A DNA stretch of 64,000 bases from an uncultured delta proteobacterium (GCA_963802945.1 CAWDKY010000014.1:1-64000), one strand, 5' to 3'; counted from the stretch's first letter, positions 32,590 to 42,468 are shown. A program made the numbers and translations. Notes: generated from the sequence alone by a model not told the origin.

Positions 32590-33014
32590 GAGTTGGCTGG
32601 AGCGGTGAACCTGACTTGGGGGTTGGCGTAACCATTAGACCTGATTGGTAACCCGCTCCACCCAAGGGCCTTCAGCCTCTTTACTGCCCAGGCCGTGAAC
32701 CATTTAGAGGTTGGTTAAAAACCACAAGATCTGTCATTAAACATTTGGGCACGGCCTGGAACTGAAGATTTTCTGGTCCGCCCCCAATGGCGGAAGGGGT
32801 CTTGATAGAATATGGCAAGGCAGTGTGGTGGTACGCTCCTTACCTTTCAATGGCCTTGATCCTGATGGGTGACTGGTGCAGTGAAGCACTTACTGACACT
32901 TTAACCTTTGAAATTTCAGCAAGGGTAAAGACGTTGAAAACCTGGGGTAGTTCTAACACGTCCATTCCCTGCAAGAAAAAATGTCCATTCTTGCATACGC
33001 TGAATCTTTTTCTC
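32590..33014 (+). ncRNA. Candidate IS110 bridge/seek RNA region
   Basis: Structured non-coding end (GGAGCGG..CCGCTCC; TCCGCC..GGCGGA; GTGC..GCAC) with a 9-nt match to the element right end. Bridge/seekRNA is established for this family; its expression here is inferred. Confidence 0.55.
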
Positions 33015-33089
33015 TTGACAGGGCCTTTTAATGGGTGACCCCCGACCTTTACGGTTTTTGTTGATTTCAACCCAAGCGGAGGGATTTTC

Positions 33090-34082
33090 ATGAAAAACAA
33101 GAGGATACTTTTCATTATCATCGCAATATTGGTGCTTGCGGGTCTGATATTGGTGCTGAACCGAAGCAAGAAGTCTGCCGCGAAAGTCGGTATTATTGAG
33201 CCTATCGTCCATATTGCAGTCTTAGATATCACTAAGGGCATTCGTGAAGGACTCCAAGAGATCGATGCGACCAGATTTCAAATTCTGGTGAAAAACGCAA
33301 GCAGTGATGCATCCACAATTCCACAGATACTGGCACAATACAAAGATGCCGGCGTCACCATATTCGTACCGATCTTTACCCAGACGGCCCAAGCAACAAA
33401 ATCCGGCGTCGGAAATAATAAGATCGTCTTCGCTGCAGTAACAGATCCAGTCGCTGCCCAATTACTCACAAATCCTGCAATTCCGGAGGGCAACATCACG
33501 GGCGTCAGCGATCTCTGGCCCATAGGCGCACAATTTGATCTCATAAAGGAGATTTTGCCGAATGCGAAAAGAATTGGTATCCTTGTCGACCCTAATGATC
33601 CGAGTTCGGCTGTGACCCTGCCATTGATCAGGGCGCAGGCCAAACAGAAGGTGTTTGAACTCGTCGAGAAACCCGTTAATTCAGTGACAGAAGTCGCTCA
33701 GGCATTGCCGATCCTCAAAGGAAAAGTTGATTGCCTCTTCACCGCAAACGACGTCACCGTCACCAAGGCATTTCCCGCCCTTGTCGCTTACGCCATTGAA
33801 AATAAGATTCCCTTGTTTGCAGGTGATTATTCCTCAGTGCAACGGGGGGCAATCGGAGCCATCGGGCAGAACTACTACAATGTGGGGAGGGAAGCCGCCA
33901 AGCTCATTGTGGCCATTGCGGACGGAACAAAGGTATCACAACTCCCTGTGCGCTACACGGAAGGTGGAGATTTGTATCTGAATGCTGCCGCTGCTGACAA
34001 AATGGGCGTCACATTGACAGACACCCTACGTAAAAAAGCCAAGGTTACCTATACCAAAATTACGGAAGGTGAAGTGAAGTAA
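33090..34082 (+). CDS. ABC transporter substrate-binding protein (COG2984, Trp/Tyr-type)
   Basis: N-terminal anchor, VFAAVTDPV, GNITGVSD, KRIGIL, DYSSVQRGA, LYLN...A..MGV. Confidence 0.88.
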   Translation: MKNKRILFIIIAILVLAGLILVLNRSKKSAAKVGIIEPIVHIAVLDITKGIREGLQEIDATRFQILVKNASSDASTIPQILAQYKDAGVTIFVPIFTQTAQATKSGVGNNKIVFAAVTDPVAAQLLTNPAIPEGNITGVSDLWPIGAQFDLIKEILPNAKRIGILVDPNDPSSAVTLPLIRAQAKQKVFELVEKPVNSVTEVAQALPILKGKVDCLFTANDVTVTKAFPALVAYAIENKIPLFAGDYSSVQRGAIGAIGQNYYNVGREAAKLIVAIADGTKVSQLPVRYTEGGDLYLNAAAADKMGVTLTDTLRKKAKVTYTKITEGEVK

Positions 34083-34087
34083 TCAAG

Positions 34088-34468
34088 TTGAAGAAGAACG
34101 CGCAATTAGAACATTTGGCAGTCAAACCATCCCCTATACATGGGAAGGGACTCTTTACTAGCGAAGACATTAGCCCTGGGAAACTCGTGTATGAGTCCGA
34201 CCGCTATACAATATTACGAAGACCTTTTTATGCCAGCATCCAAAGGTCTCCGACAGAACACCTGCTGGAAGAAATGCTGAGGTGGGAAAATCATTCTTGT
34301 GTGCCTAACACCGCATTGAACTTTGACGGTCCGTTTATCCGACTCACTTCTATCTCATCAATCATTGCTGGCAGTGAACTAGTCTGCGACTACCGGGATA
34401 CTGAGGATTCGATTCCGCTCCCGTTTAAATGTAATTGTGGGCATTGTCCAGGCATTATAATAAAATAA
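34088..34468 (+). CDS. SET-domain methyltransferase with post-SET Cys motif
   Basis: SPIHGKGLF, NHSCVPN, GSELVCDY, FKCNCGHC; TTG start 5 bp after the SBP gene. Confidence 0.88.
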   Translation: MKKNAQLEHLAVKPSPIHGKGLFTSEDISPGKLVYESDRYTILRRPFYASIQRSPTEHLLEEMLRWENHSCVPNTALNFDGPFIRLTSISSIIAGSELVCDYRDTEDSIPLPFKCNCGHCPGIIIK

Positions 34469-34478
34469 AGGGTGGTAA

Positions 34479-35324
34479 ATGTATCAACTGACATCAATCC
34501 TTGAACTCTCATGCATATTCAGTTTGGTGTCCCTGGCTGCTATTCTAACCTTCCGTTTCGCTGGCTTTCCCGATTTGTCCGTTGATGGAGTTTTTGGGTT
34601 TGGAGCCATAATATTCGCAAAGTGTCTGTTGAGTGGACTAGGCGTCCCGCTCTCGTTTCTCGTTGCCTTGTGTGCTGGTGCACTGGTAGGGGGTCTGACC
34701 GCTCTGCTTGCGGACCGGCTTCACATCAATCCACTCCTTGCAAGCGTTCTCGTTCTCACGATTCTCTATACCCTCAATCTTCGCATCCTTGGCAAGGCAA
34801 ATCAGCCTTTGTATGGCCTGCTGACGTCCGTGTGGTCGTCCCCAACCGTGCGTCTCGGAGTATTTGCAGCATTCGCGGTGATAGTACTCGCATCATCCTA
34901 CGTTTTCTTTAGAACAGAACTGGGCGCCGGACTTCGCTGTACAGGTTCCTCGCCGGAGTTCCTCACTTCAGTCGGTCGAAGTGTTTCCGCGTTTAAGATT
35001 GCATTGGTGGCTCTTTCGGGCGCATGCGTCGCAGCGGCCGGCGCGCTCATTGCCCTGAAGTTTCACTTCGCCGACGTTTCAACAGGAACAGGGACGATTG
35101 TTATTGGCATTGCAGCACTGATCATTGGAGAGAGGACATGCAGCAGAGAGAATCTACTGTCGCAGATCCTCGCCGCGCCAAGTGGCATCTTGCTGTATCA
35201 ATTGATGGTCGGGGTTGCTTTGTCGCTGGGAACATCCCCAACTGATGTAAAACTTGGAACAGGGGTAATAGCAATCGCCCTGCTTGCGTTGAGCCGTGAT
35301 GAACGAGATAGAATACTTACTTGA
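34479..35324 (+). CDS. ABC transporter permease (COG4120)
   Basis: FPDLSVDG, INPLLAS, YTLNLRILG, TELGAGLR, FADVSTGTG. Confidence 0.88.
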   Translation: MYQLTSILELSCIFSLVSLAAILTFRFAGFPDLSVDGVFGFGAIIFAKCLLSGLGVPLSFLVALCAGALVGGLTALLADRLHINPLLASVLVLTILYTLNLRILGKANQPLYGLLTSVWSSPTVRLGVFAAFAVIVLASSYVFFRTELGAGLRCTGSSPEFLTSVGRSVSAFKIALVALSGACVAAAGALIALKFHFADVSTGTGTIVIGIAALIIGERTCSRENLLSQILAAPSGILLYQLMVGVALSLGTSPTDVKLGTGVIAIALLALSRDERDRILT

Positions 35325-36021
35325 GGTAGAGAAGATATCCAAGAGTTTTGATCGCCCCGAAGGCGGTAAACTCATGGTCCTAAAGGATGTTTCTCTTTCG
35401 ATTAACGGCCCCACCGTGGTCGCACTCATGGGGCCGAATGGATCCGGTAAGACAACCCTCATTAGGATCATAGCAGGAGAGATCGATCCCTCTTCCGGTA
35501 AAGTTCGCTTGTCGGGAGAAGACGTGACTGCGAGAGCGCAGTACCTGCGCACCCGCCGTATCGGATGGGTCCATCAAGAGAGTCACAAGTCGCTCGCTTC
35601 CGAGCTCACGGTCCGCGAAATTATGGCTATTGCATCAAAGCGTCAAGGTCACCTTGGCATAAAATTCCCTGCTTCCACAGAGGCGAAGGAAACCATTGCC
35701 GCGATATCGAGAGGTGCAACGGCATTCATCGAGGATGTTGAGTCTGTACAAACAAGACACCTGTCGGGCGGACAGCGCCAATTGCTCGCCTTAATCGTCG
35801 CTGTATTGGGAAATCCGTCACTCTTACTTCTCGACGAGCATAGGGCTTCTTTAGATGAGAAATTCAAGAACGTCGCGGATGAGATCGTGCTGGGATATGT
35901 TACAAAGTCAAAAGCACTTGCTGTGGCGGCCACCCATGACGAGGACTGGGTCCGGCATAGCACCTCGAAGATCGCATACCTCGCGGATGGAATACTAAAA
36001 ATCCGCGACCGGGCCAAATGA
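35296..36021 (+). CDS. ABC transporter ATP-binding protein
   Basis: GPNGSGKT, LSGGQRQ, LLLDEH, ATH. Confidence 0.92.
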   Translation: MMNEIEYLLEVEKISKSFDRPEGGKLMVLKDVSLSINGPTVVALMGPNGSGKTTLIRIIAGEIDPSSGKVRLSGEDVTARAQYLRTRRIGWVHQESHKSLASELTVREIMAIASKRQGHLGIKFPASTEAKETIAAISRGATAFIEDVESVQTRHLSGGQRQLLALIVAVLGNPSLLLLDEHRASLDEKFKNVADEIVLGYVTKSKALAVAATHDEDWVRHSTSKIAYLADGILKIRDRAK

Positions 36022-36029
36022 GGTAGACC

Positions 36030-36330
36030 ATGAGAAACTTGGATGTCCTTTTCTGCACAGCTCTCGACGAGGAGTCTTATGTACTTGAAGCTTGGATGCG
36101 TGAGGATGCAAGGGTCATAGAGGAGCCCTACGACTTTCTGGTGGTGGAAAAGAAGGTTGGTCAGGCGCAACTTTTGATTGGGCTGCAGGTTTTCGGCGAA
36201 ATGGGCAATGTAAGTTCTGCAATAAACCTAAGCCGAGCTCTCCCCGTCAACTCCAGCCGAGATGCGTTTTCTCACGGGTGTGACGGATGGCTATCATAAA
36301 ACCACGGCCGGTGTAATTGGATATCTTTAA
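36030..36330 (+). pseudogene. Truncated/frameshifted N-terminus of a nucleosidase (PNP_UDP_1) paralog
   Basis: DVLFCTALDEE...MGNVSSAINL parallels DILFCSARSEE...MGNVNAAMRL of the next gene; other frames continue as QPRCVF and LTGVTDGY. Confidence 0.6.
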
Positions 36331-36392
36331 GATGACTGCTTGATAACTAAACATATACGAAAACCTGTGACTCCACAAAGCGAGGTGTTTCC

Positions 36393-38390
36393 ATGAGCAC
36401 TGATATTCTTTTTTGTTCAGCACGATCCGAAGAGATGTTAATCTTTGAATACTGGTGTGCAAGGAAGAAGCGGAGAAATACAATTACTCCTGCATCCTGC
36501 AGCGTTTATGAGATTGTTGTGAATGGGGAACGTCTCAGGATGGCATGCGGTAGTCTTAATACCATGGGAAATGTTAACGCAGCCATGAGGCTTAACGACA
36601 TGATCCGAGACAGTAATCCGAAAGCCGTGATAATGATAGGATTGGCGTGCGGTTATTACAGAGACAAAAATACCTTTAAGCAGGGAGACGTTGGATATGG
36701 GGGACATGTCGTGTACACTTCTTATAGCACGTTACGAGAAGCAAGAAGTGTTGAACAAAGAGCAGCAGAAGGGAAGCAGGATCCAGGTTTTTTTGAAATC
36801 GAGGGTCGATATTCAACACCTTACCAAGCCGAACCTTACTTGATTACTGCTGCTCAGCATGTATCTGGACAGGGTAGCACTATGTGGCGCAAGGAAGCAC
36901 AATCGTTTTTCAAGCGTTACGAAACAAAATGGGAAAAAGACATTTCTGTCGAGCAATATCCCCCTCAGTCAAAAATCCCTAGGGGGTTGAAAGCTCATGC
37001 GGTCACGATCGGGTCTGGTGAGTCCGTGATCAAATCGAAACGTTTTCAGGACATGGTGGTCGGGTATTACAAAGCACTTAAGCATGCCGAAATGCAACCC
37101 GTTCGCATGTTTGAGATGGAGGCGTATGGGGTCGCTGGCATATGCAAATCGCTCCAGATACCTTTTCTTGTCGTTAAAGGGATAAGCGATCACGGGGAGA
37201 GTGAAAACAAATTAGCACACGATAGCCCCCAAAAAAAGGATTCAAATCGTCTCTCGGCTATTTGTTCCGCAACCAGTTTTGCTCTCCAAGTTATCAAAGA
37301 TCAGGCATTTCTGCAATACATAAAGTCATACCCTTTGAATGAGGGATATAAAGAGAACCGGTGTTTACATCCCGGCGTACCCAGATGTGAGTACAAAGTA
37401 AGTTATACGGAAGATGGTCGTCCGGTCCAACCATGCGCCGATTGGGGATTTCGGTATCATGATATATGGGGCCGAGAAGCACCTGTGACCCGCGTTTTTG
37501 AAGGTGTCTCGCCTACAATATATTCACGCATCTTGGCTGAGTATTTTACAAGTCTATTATCTTACACAGACACAGATGAAAAAGTCACTCTCTTCTTTCA
37601 CTATTCGCCCGCCGACCTGTTACATTATTTTCGAGATTTACACGTGGAAACCTTAGGTGGAGAGGCAAATGATCTCGAAAGTGAACTCGATAAAAAGTGG
37701 CCCACTTGGCGAGAAACTAATTTTAATTGGGGTGCTCTTGGCCTGGAAGAGAAACGGCGCATCGCAAAAAAGTTAGTCGTGATCGGACGTAGAGCGAGTA
37801 TTGACTTAAGGCATTTCGGGCTTATGGACATAAAATGTAATGAACTCATCAATAAGGGGGTTGGCTTTGAGGATCTTAAAAAAAGGGTATGTCGGGTGAT
37901 CGTATGCAACTATAATGACCCAAAACAGGTAATCGAGAATCCCCTGTATATTTTATACCCGGCCTTGCTGGGCATTTGCGTTCCGTCGTTAATCATTAAA
38001 GAAGAAAGATTGAGAAATAGTTCGGTGGTCGATGACGTATGTTTCATTCAGGCGCCATTTTTATCTGTACCCGAGAACAAAGAAGAAAAGATCCAAATCT
38101 TGCGATTTGGTATACGCAGTAACACTGTGATTCTGTCTGGAAAAGAATGTGAGGAATCCAGGAAACACAACATAAACCATAAACTCATCAACGATTTTAC
38201 AGACCAGTGGGAAAACACGGAACTACGTAAACCTATCGACCGTTTCCCGTTTGTTACTCTGATAAATAAATTTGTTGCGCTCTTTGAGACGCCGACTGAC
38301 GAAGATGGCTTGTGGGCAAACAGTCTTTTGGCGTTCAAGGAAGATCATGATTTTTTTAAGAAACCTCCGGAAAATGGCTGGGACGCTTAA
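36393..38390 (+). CDS. MTA/SAH-nucleosidase-like (PNP_UDP_1) domain fused to ~350-aa unknown C-terminal region
   Basis: MGNVNAA, MIGLACG, GDV, IGSGESVI, FEMEAYGVA, VVKGISDHG. Confidence 0.78.
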   Translation: MSTDILFCSARSEEMLIFEYWCARKKRRNTITPASCSVYEIVVNGERLRMACGSLNTMGNVNAAMRLNDMIRDSNPKAVIMIGLACGYYRDKNTFKQGDVGYGGHVVYTSYSTLREARSVEQRAAEGKQDPGFFEIEGRYSTPYQAEPYLITAAQHVSGQGSTMWRKEAQSFFKRYETKWEKDISVEQYPPQSKIPRGLKAHAVTIGSGESVIKSKRFQDMVVGYYKALKHAEMQPVRMFEMEAYGVAGICKSLQIPFLVVKGISDHGESENKLAHDSPQKKDSNRLSAICSATSFALQVIKDQAFLQYIKSYPLNEGYKENRCLHPGVPRCEYKVSYTEDGRPVQPCADWGFRYHDIWGREAPVTRVFEGVSPTIYSRILAEYFTSLLSYTDTDEKVTLFFHYSPADLLHYFRDLHVETLGGEANDLESELDKKWPTWRETNFNWGALGLEEKRRIAKKLVVIGRRASIDLRHFGLMDIKCNELINKGVGFEDLKKRVCRVIVCNYNDPKQVIENPLYILYPALLGICVPSLIIKEERLRNSSVVDDVCFIQAPFLSVPENKEEKIQILRFGIRSNTVILSGKECEESRKHNINHKLINDFTDQWENTELRKPIDRFPFVTLINKFVALFETPTDEDGLWANSLLAFKEDHDFFKKPPENGWDA

Positions 38391-38534
38391 AGCTGTCATG
38401 TCACAATAGTTATTAATTTTGGTAGAGTAGAAAGTTATAAGAGGGGATGCTGGTACTAAAACGACTTATTTTTCCCTTTAGGCCGATTGTTTTTGATTTA
38501 ACAAGTTCCAACCACCAATTTATATCTTTGGTCT

Positions 38535-39221
38535 TTACTTCGTCGAAAGGGTTTTTCGTTTGTTGCTACGAAACCGTTTAATGCATGTGAGAATGTTATC
38601 AGTCCAATCTGCATCGGCATGTTTTGACACCGGCTGAAACTTCATGATCAGGTTTGTATTTTCACCACTTGGCAACAGCCATTTGGACGGAATGTACATG
38701 AAATCGCTCCATTGTCCTGTTGAGGGATGCATGGACACAGCCAGAATGTCAAATTCATCAAATCTATACGGTCTTGTAGCAACGCCGTTTTTAGTCCCGC
38801 CCCTGGTCTTTTGTGTCTCAACAACCCATTTTTCAGCCGAAAAAATTCTGTAGCCTTCATTTGCGGTCATGGGGCGTTGGTTTTTTTGTCGTTGCATCTT
38901 GACCTGAATTCGGATTGTGCCAATACTGTCTTGGATATTGAAATCATAGGGTTGATCGCCTTCCGTACTTATATCATGCCATCCTTTCAGGTTTTCAATT
39001 ACATCTTTTTTGAAGGCGGCCTCGGCAATAATACCACGTATACCTCTTAAAGTGAGGTCACTTGCTCTTGAAATGGCTTCAAGGATGATCTCGGCCTTGC
39101 ATCCAAGTTTTGTTTCAAGGGGGTGGATGTTAACCCTGGCTCTGATATACTGCAGTAATTCACTACATTGGTCATCACTGCAATCATCTATCAGTTGCTT
39201 GATTTCCTTTAAATTTACCAT
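38535..39221 (-). CDS. Putative type II restriction endonuclease (PD-(D/E)XK)
   Basis: RGIIAEAAF...PYDF...IRIQVK; overlaps the HTH gene and lies next to a divergent MTase. Confidence 0.65.
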   Translation of the reverse strand: MVNLKEIKQLIDDCSDDQCSELLQYIRARVNIHPLETKLGCKAEIILEAISRASDLTLRGIRGIIAEAAFKKDVIENLKGWHDISTEGDQPYDFNIQDSIGTIRIQVKMQRQKNQRPMTANEGYRIFSAEKWVVETQKTRGGTKNGVATRPYRFDEFDILAVSMHPSTGQWSDFMYIPSKWLLPSGENTNLIMKFQPVSKHADADWTDNILTCIKRFRSNKRKTLSTK

Positions 39222-39435
39222 GTTTTCTTCTTGGGCGCCCCGCAGGCCCGTCCTTCAATTCAAGAACTTCCTGCTTGTTGACGAGCGAATAGCCCCCTAT
39301 TTCGAGAGTTTTTAATTTACCTTTTTTTACCAGCTTGGAAATCGCCTGACGTGTGACGCCCCTCAGTCTTGCCGCCTCCGCCTGAGATACCCACTGGGAG
39401 AGGGCAATATTTTTTTGATATAAATTGGTTGACAA
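39184..39435 (-). CDS. Excisionase/HTH_17-like DNA-binding protein, probable RM controller
   Basis: WVSQAEAARLRGVTRQAISKLVKKGKL; C-R operon divergent from M. Confidence 0.7.
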   Translation of the reverse strand: MSTNLYQKNIALSQWVSQAEAARLRGVTRQAISKLVKKGKLKTLEIGGYSLVNKQEVLELKDGPAGRPRRKHGKFKGNQATDR

Positions 39436-39457
39436 TGTTAACCCAATATGATATTTT
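39427..39457 (+). promoter_or_regulatory. sigma70 promoter of MTase (TTGACA-17-TATTTT) overlapped by near-palindrome GGTTGACA-A-TGTTAACC
   Basis: -35 at 39429-34, -10 at 39452-57; palindrome 39427-43 has one mismatch. Confidence 0.6.
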
Positions 39458-39499
39458 TATTTTGTCGGTTTTGTGTTATTATATAGATAAGAGGTAAGT

Positions 39500-40474
39500 A
39501 TGCAAACTTCCATTTTCAATCAGTTGGCAAGGAAGCAAAATTTCCGCGAACTTCTTGTTGATATCAAGCCATATTATGCAACCGATTTCGGGGCCGCCTA
39601 TTGGGGCAATTCCTTAGAGATAATGGGGCGGATTCCGGACGGCTCTGTTAATGCGGTGATTACTTCCCCTCCTTATGCCCTTCAATTTAAAAAAGAATAT
39701 GGAAACGTATCAAAAACTGATTATGTATCATGGTTTATCCCTTTTGCAAAGGAGATTTTAAGGATACTCCGGGAAGATGGAAGCTTTATATTGAACATAG
39801 GAGGAAGCTATAACAGGGGGGCGCCTACTCGTTCAATATACCATTTCAAGCTTCTGATTGCCCTTGTTGAAGAGGTTGGGTTCCATTTGGCGCAGGAATG
39901 TTTCTGGTATAACCCTGCTAAAATGCCCATGCCGGCTGAATGGGTAACGGTACGCCGGATTCGCATTAAGGATTCAGTAGAGTATGTATGGTGGTTTTCT
40001 AAAACCCCTTGGCCAAAGGCAAACAACCGGAACGTGCTAAAACCTTACAGCAAGGACATGATGCGGTTAAATCAGCGGGGTGTCCGCGCAACCGTCCGTC
40101 CATCCGGTCACAACATTAGATCGACTTTTGATAAAGTTGACGCCGGTGGCTCTATTCCCGCTAATTTTTTTGAAGATGAAACCGCCCCGGATCTGCTCAG
40201 ATTCGGTAATAATGCAGCAAATGACCCATATACAATCAAATGCAAAGAGGCCGGGATAAAAATACACCCGGCCAGATTTCCTGCTGTTTTACCTGAATTT
40301 TTTATCAAATTGCTTTCCGATGAATATGATGTGGTGCTTGATCCTTTTGCCGGGTCAAACACCACCGGGGCCACTGCTGAAAGTTTGAATAGACGATGGA
40401 TTGCGATAGAAAGTATAGAAGAATATTTAAGGGCAAGCAAGTTCAGGTTTGAAGATATAAGAGGTGTGAAATAA
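39500..40474 (+). CDS. Site-specific DNA methyltransferase, N4-C/N6-A beta class
   Basis: [22 protein letters not shown]; homologous to 561-1625. Confidence 0.93.
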   Translation: MQTSIFNQLARKQNFRELLVDIKPYYATDFGAAYWGNSLEIMGRIPDGSVNAVITSPPYALQFKKEYGNVSKTDYVSWFIPFAKEILRILREDGSFILNIGGSYNRGAPTRSIYHFKLLIALVEEVGFHLAQECFWYNPAKMPMPAEWVTVRRIRIKDSVEYVWWFSKTPWPKANNRNVLKPYSKDMMRLNQRGVRATVRPSGHNIRSTFDKVDAGGSIPANFFEDETAPDLLRFGNNAANDPYTIKCKEAGIKIHPARFPAVLPEFFIKLLSDEYDVVLDPFAGSNTTGATAESLNRRWIAIESIEEYLRASKFRFEDIRGVK

Positions 40475-40490
40475 ATCCATCCCGATTGCA

Positions 40491-40832
40491 CTATGGAATC
40501 CCCGTGGACATGACCATCGTACAACACGGAACGCTGGGACTAAGACAACTTATTTTTTCCATGGACAATGGACAGGAACTATAAAGGACGTCCCTCTCTG
40601 CCTTTATCCTCACCGGGCAATCGCAGCCCTCGAAATCCCGAACTCCTGACTTCCATAACAGGTAATCTTTGCCCCCACCCTCGAATATTTTCCAGTCAAT
40701 TCCTTCAGCCTCAATTCCTGCTCCAATCCGTTTCTTCCTCAATTTGATCAACTTATTACTTGTTATTTTGGCCGGAAAAAGGATAATGGGTTCCCGGTTT
40801 CTGTCGCCTGGTATCTGGACCTTTTTGAGCAA
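40491..40832 (-). CDS. Hypothetical protein (doubtful)
   Basis: 113-aa ORF fills the gap; no recognised motif. Confidence 0.25.
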   Translation of the reverse strand: MLKKVQIPGDRNREPIILFPAKITSNKLIKLRKKRIGAGIEAEGIDWKIFEGGGKDYLLWKSGVRDFEGCDCPVRIKAERDVLYSSCPLSMEKISCLSPSVPCCTMVMSTGIP

Positions 40833-40976
40833 CCTGTAAAAATAAGTTTTTCCGCATCCTGTTAATTCGGATGAGTGCAGTCAGCCGTCAGCCTTCGGCT
40901 ATCAGTAAATGCTTTTAATGACAGTGGGTTGGCTAAATGCTGATTGCTGGAAGCTCTATACCAATTAGATAGTTGA

Positions 40977-42137
40977 ATGAATCGAATGGAAAAAACCGCG
41001 GACATCGTCATCATCGGCGGCGGGATCATCGGGACGAGCATCGCCTTTCATCTGGCCCGGAAAAAGACCAAAGGGGTCGTGCTCCTGGAAAAGGGTATGC
41101 TGGGTGAAGGGTCCACGGCCAAATGCGCCGGGGGTATACGGTCCCAATTCTCTACGGAGATCAACATCCGCTTCTCTCTGGAGAGTTTGAACTTCTGGAA
41201 CCATTTTCAAGAAATCATGGGGACTGAGCTTTATTTTAAAAAAGTCGGCTACCTTTTCTTGGCTGCCAGCGAAGACGAGTGGGCCATATTTAAAAACAAT
41301 TCGGACCTCCAGCACCAATTCGGAATCCCCGTGGAACTTCTATCCCCCCAAGAAATTCAATACCGCTGGCCCTATCTGCGGGTGGATGATCTTAAGGGGG
41401 GAACTTTTTGTACCTGGGACGGATACGCCGGGCCTTACGAAGCCCTGAGCGGCTTCACCCGGGGGGCGAGGGCCGGCGGGGTAAAAATCTTTGAGCAGAC
41501 CGAAGTCCTCCAGATTCTGCGAAACAAGAACCAGGTGACCGGCGTTCGGACTTCTCGGGGTGATATTGCTTCGCCCATCGTAGTCAATGCGGCCGGCCCC
41601 TTCGCCGGTGAGGTGGGCAAACGGGCCGGGGCCGACGTGCCGGTTCAACCTTTTCGCCGGCAGCTATTCTTCACCGGGCCATTCCCCCACATTCCCGATC
41701 CCATTCCTCTGGTCATCGACTTTCACCAGGGCTGGTATTTCCGAAGAGAGGGAGCGGGTTTGTTGATTTCCGGGCCCAAGGACGCATTCCCTTCCTTTAA
41801 TCTGAACGTGGATTATGAGGCCATGGTGGAGGTGGCCGGAAACTCCATGCACCGGGTGCCTATCATGGAGAAGGCGGCCATTGACCGCGGCTGGGCCGGG
41901 TCTTACGAGATCTCTCCCGATAACCAGGCCATATTGGGAGAATTTCCCGGATTGAGAGGCTTCTTCCTGGCCAATGGCTTCAGCGGCCACGGCTTCCAGC
42001 ACAGCCCGGCAGTGGGAAAATGCATGGCCGAGCTGATCCTTGGGGAAAAACCTTTCCTCGACATCTCCTGTCTCTCCCTTGAGCGCTTCGCCAAAGGAGA
42101 ATTGATCCGAGAGCCCCTCACCGCCTTCAAAGACTAA
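40977..42137 (+). CDS. FAD-dependent amine/amino-acid oxidoreductase (sarcosine oxidase beta / DadA family)
   Basis: IIGGGIIG, GSTAKCAGG, VVNAAG, WAGSYEISPD, GFSGHGFQHSP. Confidence 0.9.
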   Translation: MNRMEKTADIVIIGGGIIGTSIAFHLARKKTKGVVLLEKGMLGEGSTAKCAGGIRSQFSTEINIRFSLESLNFWNHFQEIMGTELYFKKVGYLFLAASEDEWAIFKNNSDLQHQFGIPVELLSPQEIQYRWPYLRVDDLKGGTFCTWDGYAGPYEALSGFTRGARAGGVKIFEQTEVLQILRNKNQVTGVRTSRGDIASPIVVNAAGPFAGEVGKRAGADVPVQPFRRQLFFTGPFPHIPDPIPLVIDFHQGWYFRREGAGLLISGPKDAFPSFNLNVDYEAMVEVAGNSMHRVPIMEKAAIDRGWAGSYEISPDNQAILGEFPGLRGFFLANGFSGHGFQHSPAVGKCMAELILGEKPFLDISCLSLERFAKGELIREPLTAFKD

Positions 42138-42249
42138 GCGGGTCCTGGATTAAACCGTATGGAGGGTGGCGGGGAATTTAGGGTCCTATTGACTTCATGT
42201 TCCCTTTTGAGCTTTGAGCTAAATTTTTGCCCCGCAAGGCAAAAATTAG

Positions 42250-42468
42250 TTGACTTTCCCCCTTTTTCCTTTTATTTTCTTACTATTATCTTTGGGCTTT
42301 CAGTCTTGAGGTTAAAGTTTTTTTTCGCCGAACGACCCTGTCCCTCGCAGGCGCCGCACGACGAACGTTTTTTAAACCCTCTCATCCTTAAGTTGTGAAG
42401 TTCATATTTCTTGGCCTGTTGAATGAGGTTCTTCGGCCAAGGGCCGGTTGAATGGATAGCTGAACAGA
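42250..42468 (+). repeat. Second full copy of ~200-nt promoter-like element, with a ~22-nt GC-rich insertion
   Basis: TTGACT-17-TATTTT; aligns with 31112-31302; insert CCTGTCCCTCGCAGGCGCCGCA lies between CGAC repeats. Confidence 0.8.

Larger units (their letters stand above)
31382..33040 (+). mobile_element. IS110-family (IS1111-like) insertion sequence; ends approximate
   Basis: Transposase plus ~450-nt 3' non-coding region; TTGACA at 33015 near the right end; imperfect subterminal IRs CATCCAAT / AATGGGTG; GTGACC present at both 31370-75 and 33035-40. Confidence 0.75.

Noticed and set aside
40977-42137. Sarcosine-oxidase-like gene as the N-methylglutamate dehydrogenase partner of the glt cluster
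   Set aside because: It is 11 kb away beyond the island, has no sigma54/N-box and lacks the alpha, gamma and delta subunits nearby.
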